Program-made: the position numbers and the translations under genes
From: Dehalococcoidia bacterium
GTDB taxonomy: Bacteria; Chloroflexota; Dehalococcoidia; Plut-88900
Reading direction: 5' to 3'
Length of the DNA stretch: 64,000 nt
NCBI GenBank assembly: GCA_965249275.1
Contig: CBDFLQ010000005.1
Coordinates: forward strand, 448,001 to 512,000
Notes under the pieces: model-generated
The model's database searches: none
The model's input: the letters and a program-made list of their open reading frames with translations, nothing else
Told to the model about the DNA's origin: nothing
In this document: piece after piece, positions 20,365 to 29,960 of the stretch
Layout: each line of letters begins with the position of its first letter
Position numbering within the stretch: position 1 is the stretch's first letter

Positions 20365-21550
20365 GACTTAGAGGATCCCCGAATATATGCTCCGCAATGC
20401 TTGGGAGGGTCTTAACTTTCACTCCCAATAAGTCAGCTGCCTCACTGCTGAGCAGGGATCCTTCCGCCGCTCTGGAAATGACGGCACCGGTAAACTCTGC
20501 CCCATTACGAGCAGTCACAGTGTTGCGGAAATCCCCACCTGATGAACCCGTCTGTTGCGCCTTTCCTGCTTGTTCTACGAGTCGGCTATAGGCGCCTCTG
20601 TACTCGTCAATCCGCAAGAAGGCCTCGTCATGAGCTTTGCGCAAGATCACCATTGGGCTCACCTTATAGTGGCCGCTCAGGTTGCTCAGGTTGTCTTCCC
20701 AAGCTGGACGGCCAAAGACCCAACGGGATCGAAAGTCCTCTCTGGGAACCAACGTTTCAGCAGCAACGCGGTTACAGAACTGCTCTAAAGTGCTGTCTTC
20801 CCTTTCTCGGCTTAGACCGTAGTCTGGGTTAGATATCCCACCTTGTCCCAACCAGATATGGGCTAACTCATGTGCGAGAGTGAAGATTTGTGCCCCTTTG
20901 AAATCCCCGCCATTTATGAAAATTAGCGGAGCAATGTGATCGCTTATTGAGAAGCCGCGGAATTCATCGACATCCAGTAGACGGTGATTATTGTTGCCGA
21001 CTACACCGCTGCGCATCACCATGATCCCAGACTTCTCTGCGTTGCGACTCAGTTCCCGCATAAACCCTTCACGGTCGGACGCCCGCCGTCTCGCAGCATC
21101 AACATCAATCACCTCGCGAATATCGCTGGCCACTACATCCTCTGGATCAGTTGTACCGAAGCGGCCCACGAAGGAGAGCTCCTCTACTCCCTGCGACTCC
21201 CGATATTGTCGATACCATTCTTGTTTGCCCAGCACATCGTTAAGTAAGTCCAAGAAGTCGGCGCTGGGTTCTTTGGAGTTTTGACCAGGGATGATACGGA
21301 AGTCGGGAAGCGGCAGTTCTTCAATCGGAGGCTCGGGCAGGTACAGATAACCGAAGGGAACGTACACAGCTTGGGCGAATAGCTGGGCCTGCCTAAAGGT
21401 GGGTCGTTTCGCCCCATCCTCCCAAGCGTCGATTGCCTCCGGCTTGACGTTTAACCTACTAGCAAGTTCTCCGACTTCAAGTCCACGCCGTAGCCGTGCC
21501 CAAGTCAGCACATCTGGAGTGACCAGCGCCTCGGTCATCCTTCTCTCCAT
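20357..21550 (-). CDS. XRE HTH fused to an ImmA/IrrE-family Zn metallopeptidase
   Basis: N-terminal HTH (WARLRRGL...AWEDGAKRPTFRQ), LPDFR, FTLAHELAH (HExxH), EQFCNRVAAE; overlaps the DUF4411 gene by 8 bp. Confidence 0.9.
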   Translation of the reverse strand: MERRMTEALVTPDVLTWARLRRGLEVGELASRLNVKPEAIDAWEDGAKRPTFRQAQLFAQAVYVPFGYLYLPEPPIEELPLPDFRIIPGQNSKEPSADFLDLLNDVLGKQEWYRQYRESQGVEELSFVGRFGTTDPEDVVASDIREVIDVDAARRRASDREGFMRELSRNAEKSGIMVMRSGVVGNNNHRLLDVDEFRGFSISDHIAPLIFINGGDFKGAQIFTLAHELAHIWLGQGGISNPDYGLSREREDSTLEQFCNRVAAETLVPREDFRSRWVFGRPAWEDNLSNLSGHYKVSPMVILRKAHDEAFLRIDEYRGAYSRLVEQAGKAQQTGSSGGDFRNTVTARNGAEFTGAVISRAAEGSLLSSEAADLLGVKVKTLPSIAEHIFGDPLSLD

Positions 21551-21715
21551 TCGCGGGATTCAGACCATACATTAGTAGACAAAGGGGCCATTCCCTACAC
21601 CCCGATAGAACAAAATATTGGCTGTTTATCTCTGACGGGTGCAGTCCCCTAGCTGTCACACCTGCAAATTTTAACGCCATTCCCGCAGAGACGGTCGCTA
21701 AGGTGAGGGTAACCT

Positions 21716-23158
21716 CTACCCGCCCTTCAACTCCCTCGCCGCCAGCTCTTCAACCACTGTGCCCTTGAAAAAGTCCGGGTTCATGTCGCCGTAGAAGTGT
21801 GCCGCATTTGTGAAGGTGAAGTCCCGGAAGTCTTCCTCCGTCATCAACTCATGCTCCACCAGCTCGTAGGCCTCCTCGACAACCTCCCGGACGTCCGTCA
21901 CGTCCCAGTGCCCGATGTCCGAGCTGAATATCGCCCTCAACTTCGCTCCCATCGGGTTGACCTTCGTGTTGAACGCATGCGCGTTCATCGGGTCGTCCGC
22001 CTCGCACCCGAAGAAGAACCGATCCACGAACAGGTCGAGCATCTCCTCGGGCCGCTCCATCGGGACCCGGGAAAAGTCGTCGATTTCTTCCGGCGCCGGC
22101 TCACCGGCTAGGTACAACTCCCGTATCTCTTCCATCCGGGCCTTTTGGGACGGCTCCCCCTTCTCCGCGATGAAGCCCATCACCGCTTCAACGTCGAGGT
22201 GCCGGGGGTCGAGCTGCCTTATTCCAGCCGCGCCCCGCTTCTCCCAGTGCCCGATGATGTCGGAAAACAGCCTGCACGCCCACCCGACTCCCCCCTCCAG
22301 GAACGCCACCCTTAGCTCCGGGAACCGCTTGGTCACCCCGCCCAGGAACAGCGCCTTCGCCATCGACTCGTGGGCCACCGAGAAGGTGTTCAGATGGTTG
22401 TACATGTAGTTGGAGGTCGAACGGGTGCCCCAGCCCATGTTGGCAGCATGGGAGGCCGGGGCCACGTTCAGTTCGACGCACTTGGCCCAGAACGGGTCGT
22501 AGTCATAGTCGCCGTCTATGGTGAGTACATCCATCCTCCGGCCCACGTTGCCAAGCTCCGGGAACTCCTTTCCCACCTTGAACAGCGGCCTCATCGCCCG
22601 GCCCTCGATCATCGCAACCTTCAGCCCAAGCACGTTGACGGCATACTCCAGCTCCTCTATTGCCATCTCCGGTGTCTGCATCGGGATGGCCGCCGCTGGT
22701 GTCATCCTGTCGGCATAGGGGCGATAGATCTCGGCCAGGTAGGCATTGAGCCCCCGACATCCCGCCTGCCGGACCTCGGGGTCCGGTATCCGATCGAAGA
22801 AGAGCCCCTGCGTCGGGTACAGCACTGCGTAGTCTATCCCGATCTCGTCCATCCTCTCGTGCAGGAGTTTCGGGATAGTCGCCGTTACCCTGTCCAACGT
22901 CTTGGGTGATTCGAACCACCACCCCGGCGCCGTCACGAATTCATAATCGCGCTGCTCCTGCGACATCTCGTGCCAATGGACGCCGACCGCCTGCGCCAAC
23001 CCTTCCTCATACCGCTTCTTCATCTTCGCTCCCCCCACCTCCCCCACGAACTCCACCACCAGGGGCATGACTTCCAGCGTATGCCCGTCCGAGTCGATTA
23101 TCGGGTGCCCCAATCGGCTCCGTATCTCCTGACTTCGCGACGGCTTGGTGCTAACCAT
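21716..23158 (-). CDS. Amidohydrolase_2-type protein, paralog A3
   Basis: HPIIDSDGH...FSSDIGHWD; closest to A5. Confidence 0.88.
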   Translation of the reverse strand: MVSTKPSRSQEIRSRLGHPIIDSDGHTLEVMPLVVEFVGEVGGAKMKKRYEEGLAQAVGVHWHEMSQEQRDYEFVTAPGWWFESPKTLDRVTATIPKLLHERMDEIGIDYAVLYPTQGLFFDRIPDPEVRQAGCRGLNAYLAEIYRPYADRMTPAAAIPMQTPEMAIEELEYAVNVLGLKVAMIEGRAMRPLFKVGKEFPELGNVGRRMDVLTIDGDYDYDPFWAKCVELNVAPASHAANMGWGTRSTSNYMYNHLNTFSVAHESMAKALFLGGVTKRFPELRVAFLEGGVGWACRLFSDIIGHWEKRGAAGIRQLDPRHLDVEAVMGFIAEKGEPSQKARMEEIRELYLAGEPAPEEIDDFSRVPMERPEEMLDLFVDRFFFGCEADDPMNAHAFNTKVNPMGAKLRAIFSSDIGHWDVTDVREVVEEAYELVEHELMTEEDFRDFTFTNAAHFYGDMNPDFFKGTVVEELAARELKGG

Positions 23159-24620
23159 TCAACACCCCCTCCGCCGCCGACTCCACCGCCGTGCCCTTGA
23201 AGAAATCCGGGTTCACCTCCCCGTACATCTTCACCACGTTTTCGAACACGAAGGCCCTGAAGTCTTCCTCGGTCATTAGCTCGTGCTCCAGCATCTCGTA
23301 GGCCTCCTCCACGACCCCCAGCATGTCCGGCACGTCCCAGTGCCCGATATCCGAGCTGAACACCGCTTTCAGCTTGGCCCCCATCGGATTAACCTTTGAG
23401 TCAAAGGCCCACGCGTTCATCGGGTCATCGGCTTCGCATCCGAAGTAGAAGGGCTCGACGAACAGGTCCAGCATGTCCTCGACGCTATCCATGGGAACGT
23501 GAGACCAATCGTCGGTGTTGGGCGGGGTGGGGCGGGGCGCTGCGAAATTGGCCCGCACCTCGTCCAGATGGTCCAATATTCGGCCCTCACTGTACTCCCG
23601 AGCCAGCTCCATCGCCAGTTCGATGTCCAGGTTCCGGGGGTCGAGCCTCCCAATCTCTTTCCCATTCCGCTTCTCCCAGTGTCCTATCAGGTCCGAGTAC
23701 AGGTTGCAGGCCCAGGCCACGCCACCTTCCAGGAACATGAAGTTCAGACCCGGGAACCGCTTCGTCACCCCGCCAAGGAACAGCGCCTTGCAGAACGTCT
23801 CGTGGGCGTATGCAAACGAGCTAAGGTGGCTAAAAACGTAGTTGGATACGCTCACGGCCCCCCACCCGGCATCGCTGCCGTGGGACGCGGGCACAATCTT
23901 CAGCTCCTGGCACCGCTTCCAGAACGGATCGTAGTCATAATCGCTGTCCAGACCGATCACGTCCATCTTCCGGATGTACCGCTCGGCGCCCGGGTACTCA
24001 TCCCGGTACTTGGCTATGGGCCGCTCCACGCGGCCAGGCAGCATAATCACCTTCAAACCCAGCTCATTGACAGTGTATTCCATCTCCCGGATGGCTATCT
24101 CCGGCGTGTCCATGGGCACGATGGCGGCGGGCGTCATCCGGCGCGAGTACGGCCCGTAAAGGTCCGCTGCGTAAGCGTTTATGGCCCGGCACACGATGAG
24201 CCTTTGCTCCTGCGGCTCTATCCGGTCGAACGCGAGACCCGTGGTCGTGTAAAGCACCGCATAGTCGAGACCCAGCTCGTCCATCCGGTCGTTGAGGACC
24301 CTGGGCACCGTGGCCGTGGCCCGGTCCAGCGCGCTGCGGGTAGGCATGGCCCACCATGGCAAGGCCGGCACCCATTCCTCCTTCTTCTCCTCGAGGGTCA
24401 TCTCGAACCACGTTTTCCCATTTTCGAGGGCGGCATTGCCCGTCTCAGCGGCACCTTCCATCGACTTGTCGAACAGGTCGCGGGCGTCGGCGCCGCCAAC
24501 CTGGTACACGTAGTCCGAGACCACGGGGGTAAGCTCCAGCATATGCCCGTCCGCATCCACTATCGGATGCTTCAGGCTGCTCCGTATCTGCTGGCTCCGT
24601 GAGCCCTTCGCGCCTACCAT
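23151..24620 (-). CDS. Amidohydrolase_2-type protein, paralog A2
   Basis: HPIVDADGH...FSSDIGHWD; closest to A4; overlaps the A3 start by 8 bp. Confidence 0.88.
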   Translation of the reverse strand: MVGAKGSRSQQIRSSLKHPIVDADGHMLELTPVVSDYVYQVGGADARDLFDKSMEGAAETGNAALENGKTWFEMTLEEKKEEWVPALPWWAMPTRSALDRATATVPRVLNDRMDELGLDYAVLYTTTGLAFDRIEPQEQRLIVCRAINAYAADLYGPYSRRMTPAAIVPMDTPEIAIREMEYTVNELGLKVIMLPGRVERPIAKYRDEYPGAERYIRKMDVIGLDSDYDYDPFWKRCQELKIVPASHGSDAGWGAVSVSNYVFSHLSSFAYAHETFCKALFLGGVTKRFPGLNFMFLEGGVAWACNLYSDLIGHWEKRNGKEIGRLDPRNLDIELAMELAREYSEGRILDHLDEVRANFAAPRPTPPNTDDWSHVPMDSVEDMLDLFVEPFYFGCEADDPMNAWAFDSKVNPMGAKLKAVFSSDIGHWDVPDMLGVVEEAYEMLEHELMTEEDFRAFVFENVVKMYGEVNPDFFKGTAVESAAEGVLNG

Positions 24621-24637
24621 TTTCCGATCTCTTCTCC

Positions 24638-24663
24638 CGTCATTCCCGTGAAAACGGGAATCC
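24638..24663 (+). repeat. CGTC-type REP hairpin (also at 27296, 27941, 36452; reverse copies at 48042, 59768)
   Basis: CGTCATTCCCG-TGAAAA-CGGGAATCC. Confidence 0.8.
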
Positions 24664-24682
24664 AGGGGTGGAGTGTCAACAC

Positions 24683-26140
24683 TTACCCACCATTCAACAC
24701 CTTCGCCGCATCCGACTCCACCGCCGTGCCCTTGAAGAAGTCCGGGTTCATGTCTGCGTACAGGTGCACGGCGTTGGTGAATACGAAGTCCTCAAAGTCC
24801 GAGTCGGTCATCAACTCATGCTCGACCATCTCGTAGGCTTCTTCCACCACCTCACGCATGTCCGGCACGTCCCAGTGCCCGATATCCGAGCTGAACACTG
24901 CCTTCAGCTTCGCACCCATCGGGTTCACCTTCGTGTTGAAGGCCCAGGAGTTCATCGGATCATCAGCTTCGCAACCGAAGTAGAACGGCTTGACGAACAG
25001 GTCGTGCATCTCCTCTTTCGTTTCCATCTGCACGCGGTGCCAGTCGTCGACCTGGCGTGGAGTCGCGTCCCCTGCGTCGATCATCCGCCCGATGTCGTCC
25101 CGTCTCGACTGCATCGACTTGTGCCCATGTTTGTCGATCAGATCCAGCATCATGTCCTTGTCGACGGTGTTGGGGTCGAGCTTCCAGATCTCGCGGCTGT
25201 TCCGCTTCTCCCAGTGGGAGATGATCCCAGCGTACAGCGAGCAGGCCCACCCCACCCCACCCTCCAGGAAGGCCACGTTCAGATCGGGGAACCGCCTGGT
25301 CACACCGCCCATGAACATGGCCTTGCAGAACGCCTCGCTGGCCTTTGCGAACGCGCCGATGTGGTTGTACACGTAGCTGGATATCGAGCCCTGCGCCTCC
25401 CACTCGAACGCACTGGCGTGGCACGCCGGAGCAGTCCCAAGCTCCATGCACTTAGCCCAGAACGGATCGTAGTCATAGTCGCTGTCCAGGCCCAGGGGGT
25501 CCAGCCGATGCACGTGATGGGCTATGCCCGGGGCCTCAGCCTCCAGCTTCGGTATAGTCCGGCGTACGAGACTGGCGATCACCGGGACCTTCAGCTTAAG
25601 CGTCTTTATCGAATACGCCAGCTCGTCGATGGCCTCTTCCGGGGTGTACATGGGGATCATGGCAGCGGGGGTCATGCGGTCCGAGTACTCGCCGTAGATG
25701 TCGGCGTGGTAGGCGTTCAGGGCCCGGCAGGAGATGCGCCTTATATCGTCGTCACTCTCGTCCTGGAAGCGCATCAGGCCCGGCCGCCAGGTCGGGTAGA
25801 TCACAGCGTAGTCGATGCCAAGCTCGTCCATTCTACGGTGCAACAGGTTAGGCAGCGACGCCGTGGCCCGGTCATAGGTGTTACTGGCGGGCATTCCCCA
25901 CCACGCCGGGGCGGTGAGCCAGTTGTAGCGCCGGGCCTCGTCGGACATCTCGACCCACTCTTGCTTCTCGCTGAACTTCAGCATCTCCCCGAACCGGTCC
26001 CTGACGTCCCGGCCCCCGATGTCCTGCACGTAGTCGAGCAGCGCGGGATTCAGCTCCAGGTTGTGCCCATCCGAATCTATGATCGGGTGGCGCAGCTTGC
26101 CCCTTATCTCCTGGGAACGGGACGGCATTGTACTTACCAT
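24683..26140 (-). CDS. Amidohydrolase_2-type protein, paralog A1
   Basis: HPIIDSDGH...FSSDIGHWD; its GGAGG RBS overlaps the pheS stop codon. Confidence 0.88.
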   Translation of the reverse strand: MVSTMPSRSQEIRGKLRHPIIDSDGHNLELNPALLDYVQDIGGRDVRDRFGEMLKFSEKQEWVEMSDEARRYNWLTAPAWWGMPASNTYDRATASLPNLLHRRMDELGIDYAVIYPTWRPGLMRFQDESDDDIRRISCRALNAYHADIYGEYSDRMTPAAMIPMYTPEEAIDELAYSIKTLKLKVPVIASLVRRTIPKLEAEAPGIAHHVHRLDPLGLDSDYDYDPFWAKCMELGTAPACHASAFEWEAQGSISSYVYNHIGAFAKASEAFCKAMFMGGVTRRFPDLNVAFLEGGVGWACSLYAGIISHWEKRNSREIWKLDPNTVDKDMMLDLIDKHGHKSMQSRRDDIGRMIDAGDATPRQVDDWHRVQMETKEEMHDLFVKPFYFGCEADDPMNSWAFNTKVNPMGAKLKAVFSSDIGHWDVPDMREVVEEAYEMVEHELMTDSDFEDFVFTNAVHLYADMNPDFFKGTAVESDAAKVLNGG

Positions 26141-26150
26141 GGCGGGCCTC

Positions 26151-27194
26151 CTAAAACTGTCTCAGGAACCGTATGTCGTTCGAATAGAAAAGCCTGATAT
26201 CGTCTATGCCGTACTTGAGCATGGCTATCCGCTCCGGCCCCAGACCGAACGCGAAACCCGTGTACACGCTCGGGTCGTAGCCCACGCGCTCAAGCACCTT
26301 GGGGTGCACCATGCCTGCACCCATTATCTCTATCCACCCGGTCCCGCTGCACACCCGGCACCCTCGCCCCTCGCAGAGGAAGCAGTCGATGGACATGTCG
26401 ACTCCCGGCTCGACGAAGGGGAAGTAGTCGCAGCGGAACCTGACCTTACGCTCGGCGCCGAAGAGCATTCTGGCGAACTGGAACAGGGTGCCCTTCAAGT
26501 CGGCGAAGGTTATGCCCTTGTCGACCGCTAGGCCCTCGACTTGGAAGAAGATGCTTTCGTGGGTGGCGTCGGTGGCCTCGTAGCGGTAGACGCGGCCGGG
26601 GACTATGACCCGGATGGGGGGTTCCCGACTCTCCATCACCCGTATCTGCATCGGCGAGGTGTGAGTACGGAGCAGCATGGGCCGCTGGCCGTCGTCAGTC
26701 TCGTAGTCTATCCAGAGGGTGTCCCACATGTCGCGGGCAGGGTGGCCCTGGGGAATGTTTAGCGCCTCGAAGTTGTAGTAGTCCCACTCAACCTCCGGCC
26801 CCTCTACCACCTGGAACCCCATGCTGTTGAAGGCCTCGCATATCTCCCGGAGCATCTGGGTAGTCGGGTGCAGGCGGCCCAGCTCGACGGGATGTCCAGG
26901 CAGCGTGACGTCGATGGCCTCCCCGAGCCTCTTGGAAAGCTCATCCTGCTTGAGCGCCTCTTCCTTGTCAGAAAGGGAACCCTCCAGCCGGTTCTTCGCC
27001 CTGTTCGCCGCCGACCCCGCCTCTCGCCTCTCCTCCACCGGCAGCGAGCTTACTCCCCGCAGCAGCTGGGTCAGCGACCCCTTCCGCCCGAGATACGAGA
27101 CGCGCCACTTTTCCAGCGCCTCGGGCTCGGCCAACGGCTCAAGCTCCGAAAGGGCTCTTGAAGTAAGCTCTTCAACCTGCTGCATCATGGTCAT
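26151..27194 (-). CDS. pheS: Phenylalanine-tRNA ligase alpha subunit
   Basis: [56 protein letters not shown]. Confidence 0.98.
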   Translation of the reverse strand: MTMMQQVEELTSRALSELEPLAEPEALEKWRVSYLGRKGSLTQLLRGVSSLPVEERREAGSAANRAKNRLEGSLSDKEEALKQDELSKRLGEAIDVTLPGHPVELGRLHPTTQMLREICEAFNSMGFQVVEGPEVEWDYYNFEALNIPQGHPARDMWDTLWIDYETDDGQRPMLLRTHTSPMQIRVMESREPPIRVIVPGRVYRYEATDATHESIFFQVEGLAVDKGITFADLKGTLFQFARMLFGAERKVRFRCDYFPFVEPGVDMSIDCFLCEGRGCRVCSGTGWIEIMGAGMVHPKVLERVGYDPSVYTGFAFGLGPERIAMLKYGIDDIRLFYSNDIRFLRQF

Positions 27195-27250
27195 TTAAAA
27201 GTAAAACGTGTCTCGGAAGTGGGACATTCGCCTCCGGAGAATCGTGGGCA

Positions 27251-27279
27251 ATTATAGGTACGTACGCGGAAGGGGGCAA
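27251..27279 (-). promoter_or_regulatory. Sigma70-type promoter for the pheS operon
   Basis: Minus strand TTGCCC-17 bp-TATAAT, about 56 bp upstream of pheS. Confidence 0.7.
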
Positions 27280-27338
27280 CGTTGCCCTCGCCACCCGTCT
27301 TTCCCGACCCCGATCGGGAATCCATCCCAGGGAGGGGC

Positions 27339-27383
27339 ATTCCGCTCGCCCTGAGCTGAGTCGAAGGGTCTCAAGAGCGGAAT
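27339..27383 (-). repeat. 45-bp REP, basic unit (ATTCCGCTC...GAGCGGAAT)
   Basis: Reverse complement of the copies at 46661 and 57269. Confidence 0.85.
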
Positions 27384-27472
27384 GGGGCGGGGGGGATTAT
27401 CCCCGCCATTCCCGGGCGATCCAGATTGGGCCTAGTGTGCGCCTGTGGCATGAATCCGGAGGCGGGGTGGGG

Positions 27473-27526
27473 CCGCTCGTGCTGTCGTAGATCCGCTGGG
27501 GCGGGAGGCTCTCGAAGTATGAGCGG
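27473..27526. repeat. REP with a 21-nt inserted module
   Basis: Equals 45233-45263 plus CCGCCCCAGCGGATCTACGAC (read on the minus strand). Confidence 0.75.
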
Positions 27527-27586
27527 AGGGCTGAAGCTGCCAGATCGCATTCACCCAACTAACCTGTCTCCCCAAACCTCAAAAGA

Positions 27587-27931
27587 ATGCACCAAATACC
27601 CAAATTCATAGTCCTCTACCGTTCCCCCTTCCCCGCTGCCGACATGCTAAAGAGCGTCACCCCCGAGGAGATGCAGGAAGGCATGAAACTGTGGAAAACG
27701 TGGGTAGAAAAATGCGGCGACGCCCTCGTTGAAATGGGCTCGCCGCTGGCGCAGGGGCTGTCCATTGGCTGCTCCGGTAACTCACCCACCACCCCCAAAG
27801 GCAGCGTGACCGGCTACTCCATCATCCAAGCTGACACCCTTGACGAAGCCCTCAACCTCCTCGAAGGCCACCCCCACCTCGGCTGGCACGAGGACTGCCG
27901 CATAGACGTCCAGGAATTACTGGAGATTTAG
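27587..27931 (+). CDS. YciI-like protein
   Basis: KFIVLYR...MKLWKTW...MGSPL...VTGYSIIQA...GHPHL; start codon uncertain. Confidence 0.7.
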   Translation: MHQIPKFIVLYRSPFPAADMLKSVTPEEMQEGMKLWKTWVEKCGDALVEMGSPLAQGLSIGCSGNSPTTPKGSVTGYSIIQADTLDEALNLLEGHPHLGWHEDCRIDVQELLEI

Positions 27932-28079
27932 GCCCCGGTCCGTCATTACGGCCCCCAAGCCGGAATCCATCCCCGAATCCCATCTAATCGCCTTGGCCCT
28001 ACTCACATATAGGCGGTGCGCCGCCACCACTGGTTTTTGGTAGAGTAATGCGATAGATAGGCAATAGAGGTAAGTCTGG

Positions 28080-29126
28080 ATGCAAGTACTAGGGTCAAAA
28101 ACTGGGTTTGAGCGGAGCGCCAAACGGTGCCAACAGCAATTCCGGGATTCGTCGCCAACCATCAGCAGCCACGGACGGTCACCCAAGGATGAAAAAGGGT
28201 TACGTAATCCTCACTTGCTGGCCAAAGGCTGGGAAGTTGAAAACCTTTACCCCGGTATCCGTGGTGAACGCGGGGCCATAGACTTCTTCAAACGGCGTGG
28301 GATGAAGTGGTGGAAAAGTTCCAGAAGCTGTGATGATAGTAAGTCGGACAGACCTACACGCAACATGGCCAGCTCTCAGGTGGCATGCGTCAATTTTCTT
28401 CTGCCGCTCGCAGATATACCAGGAGCCCTACGGGCATTGCTACACGCCATCGACGATGACGTTATAGACGTCGTGCGCATCCCGGGGCACTCATCTCTAG
28501 TGGAGTTCGAATGGAACGGGTTGAATTGCTCTCTTGAAGGCGGCCAAATGCGAGGTGCTCAGAACACTAGTATCGACGGTTTTATCGTCGCCGAAACGAA
28601 ATCAGGGAAAAGGCGAGCATACCTGCTGGAGTGGAAGTACGTTGAACAGTACCTTAGCCCCAACCCAGACTTCAAAGGTGACGGGACGGGAGGAGACACT
28701 CGCCGGCGGAGATATGCTAAGCGTTTCCACGCACAATTCTCATCATTCAATTCAGCCGCCGCCCCTAATTTGGACGACTTCCTTTTCGAGCCTTTCTATC
28801 AGCTAATGCGTCAGAGGCTATTGGCAGACCGGATGGTCCAAGACCGCGAACTAGGAGTTGACGAGGCTAAAGTAGTCGTAGTCGTCCCGAAAGAGAATTG
28901 CGCTTATCGCACCGTTTCCAGCGGCAAAGACACGACTTCACCGCTACTGGCCAAGAGATTCCCGCAGTTGGAAACTGTAGAGGAAGTTATGCGCGCTAGC
29001 CTCAAGAACCCGGATACTCAGTTCGGTATGGTGGCTCCATCCTCCTTGGTGGATGCCCTAGCCCGAGATCTGCCTGACGAAACCGCGGATTGGGCCGGGT
29101 ATTGGCGGTGCCGCTACGGCGTGTGA
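28080..29126 (+). CDS. PD-(D/E)xK restriction-endonuclease-like protein (PGN_0703-like)
   Basis: SSQVACVNFL, EFEW, TSID, LEWKYVE, YQLMRQRLLA; lower GC. Confidence 0.72.
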   Translation: MQVLGSKTGFERSAKRCQQQFRDSSPTISSHGRSPKDEKGLRNPHLLAKGWEVENLYPGIRGERGAIDFFKRRGMKWWKSSRSCDDSKSDRPTRNMASSQVACVNFLLPLADIPGALRALLHAIDDDVIDVVRIPGHSSLVEFEWNGLNCSLEGGQMRGAQNTSIDGFIVAETKSGKRRAYLLEWKYVEQYLSPNPDFKGDGTGGDTRRRRYAKRFHAQFSSFNSAAAPNLDDFLFEPFYQLMRQRLLADRMVQDRELGVDEAKVVVVVPKENCAYRTVSSGKDTTSPLLAKRFPQLETVEEVMRASLKNPDTQFGMVAPSSLVDALARDLPDETADWAGYWRCRYGV

Positions 29127-29214
29127 CAACGCTCCCGATCCATTGGCGTCTCGGAGCTCCCACCCCATCCCTCTCCCCTGTGCCACCAGCCCTCCCCATT
29201 GTGACATCACCCCC

Positions 29215-29244
29215 TTGATCCAATCAAAACACTTGTACTATATT
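29215..29244 (+). promoter_or_regulatory. Promoter with an overlapping LexA-like box
   Basis: TTGATC-18 bp-TATATT; AAAC-ACTT-GTAC (29227-29238) abuts the -10. Confidence 0.45.
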
Positions 29245-29292
29245 CTACCGCAGTTCCGACACCCCACGTCGGCCCTAATCAGGATAAGGAAT

Positions 29293-29358
29293 ATGGAACA
29301 TCCGCCTCTGGCGGATGGAACGCCCGCCTTTGGAGGATGGAACATCCGCCTCTGGCGG
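29293..29358 (+). repeat. Tandem repeat, 3 x 22 bp, with a mini-hairpin core
   Basis: ATGGAACATCCGCCTCTGGCGG / ATGGAACGCCCGCCTTTGGAGG / ATGGAACATCCGCCTCTGGCGG. Confidence 0.9.
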
Positions 29359-29368
29359 AAGGAGTCCC

Positions 29369-29960
29369 ATGAGTCGCATAAGCCTACATAGGCCCCGTCG
29401 TCCCCGAGCGGTATGGGACCGCCCGGCCAACGACACGCGCCTCCTCCCCAATCCTCATTCCCTCACCGTCTCCCAACTCAACCCCCACTACACGCGCTGC
29501 CCCAAGGCCGAACGCCTCCGCCTCCGCAGCGATCAATCATCGTTCCGCCCGGTCCCAGTGATCGGCTATGGAAGGTTCCCGGACAAAAACTGGCTTGCCC
29601 TTTCCAAGGGCCCCTGCCAAGTGCGCGCCCCACTTACCCGGCGCATCATCCTCGCCCCATCAGGCAACGCCCACGAGCACGGTGTCATGCTGCTCAACAG
29701 GGCCATTGTGCCCAGAGACTCCGCCGTCGTAGCCCTCGGAGAGCTCATTCCACCCAGCGACGGTATCGAGTCCACGCCCCCATATCTCCGAATGGTCGGG
29801 CACTTCTGGTGGTCGAGACTGCCCCACACCGAGATTTCCTCGCGTCTCCTCCACATCCTCTCAGAAGCACAGGGCTGTCGCAGAGCCGTCGCCGATGCAA
29901 CATGCATCGGTGCAGGCGTCGCCGTCTTACTGCGCAACCGTCCGGGACCTTCCATCCCTT
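29369..29960 (+). pseudogene. Decayed phage terminase large subunit (C-terminal half)
   Basis: NPHYTRCPKAERLRL, RDSAVVALGEL, HFWW..PHTE and CRRAVADATCIGAGVA recall the terminase nuclease region (DATGxG); ATPase half absent. Confidence 0.55.

Noticed and set aside
16860-26140. Diversity-generating retroelement (near-identical 3' segments)
   Set aside because: No reverse transcriptase, no non-coding template repeat, and differences are not adenine-specific by inspection
24599-26197. Long antisense ORFs (also 16938-18284, 23499-24602, 38454-39917, 12854-13768, 51770-52696)
   Set aside because: Shadow frames of GC-rich real genes, with no recognisable motifs
27195-27280. T-box riboswitch upstream of pheS
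   Set aside because: The leader is only about 50 nt and has no T-box sequence
29293-29358. CRISPR array
   Set aside because: The 22-bp units are contiguous with no spacers, and no cas genes are present
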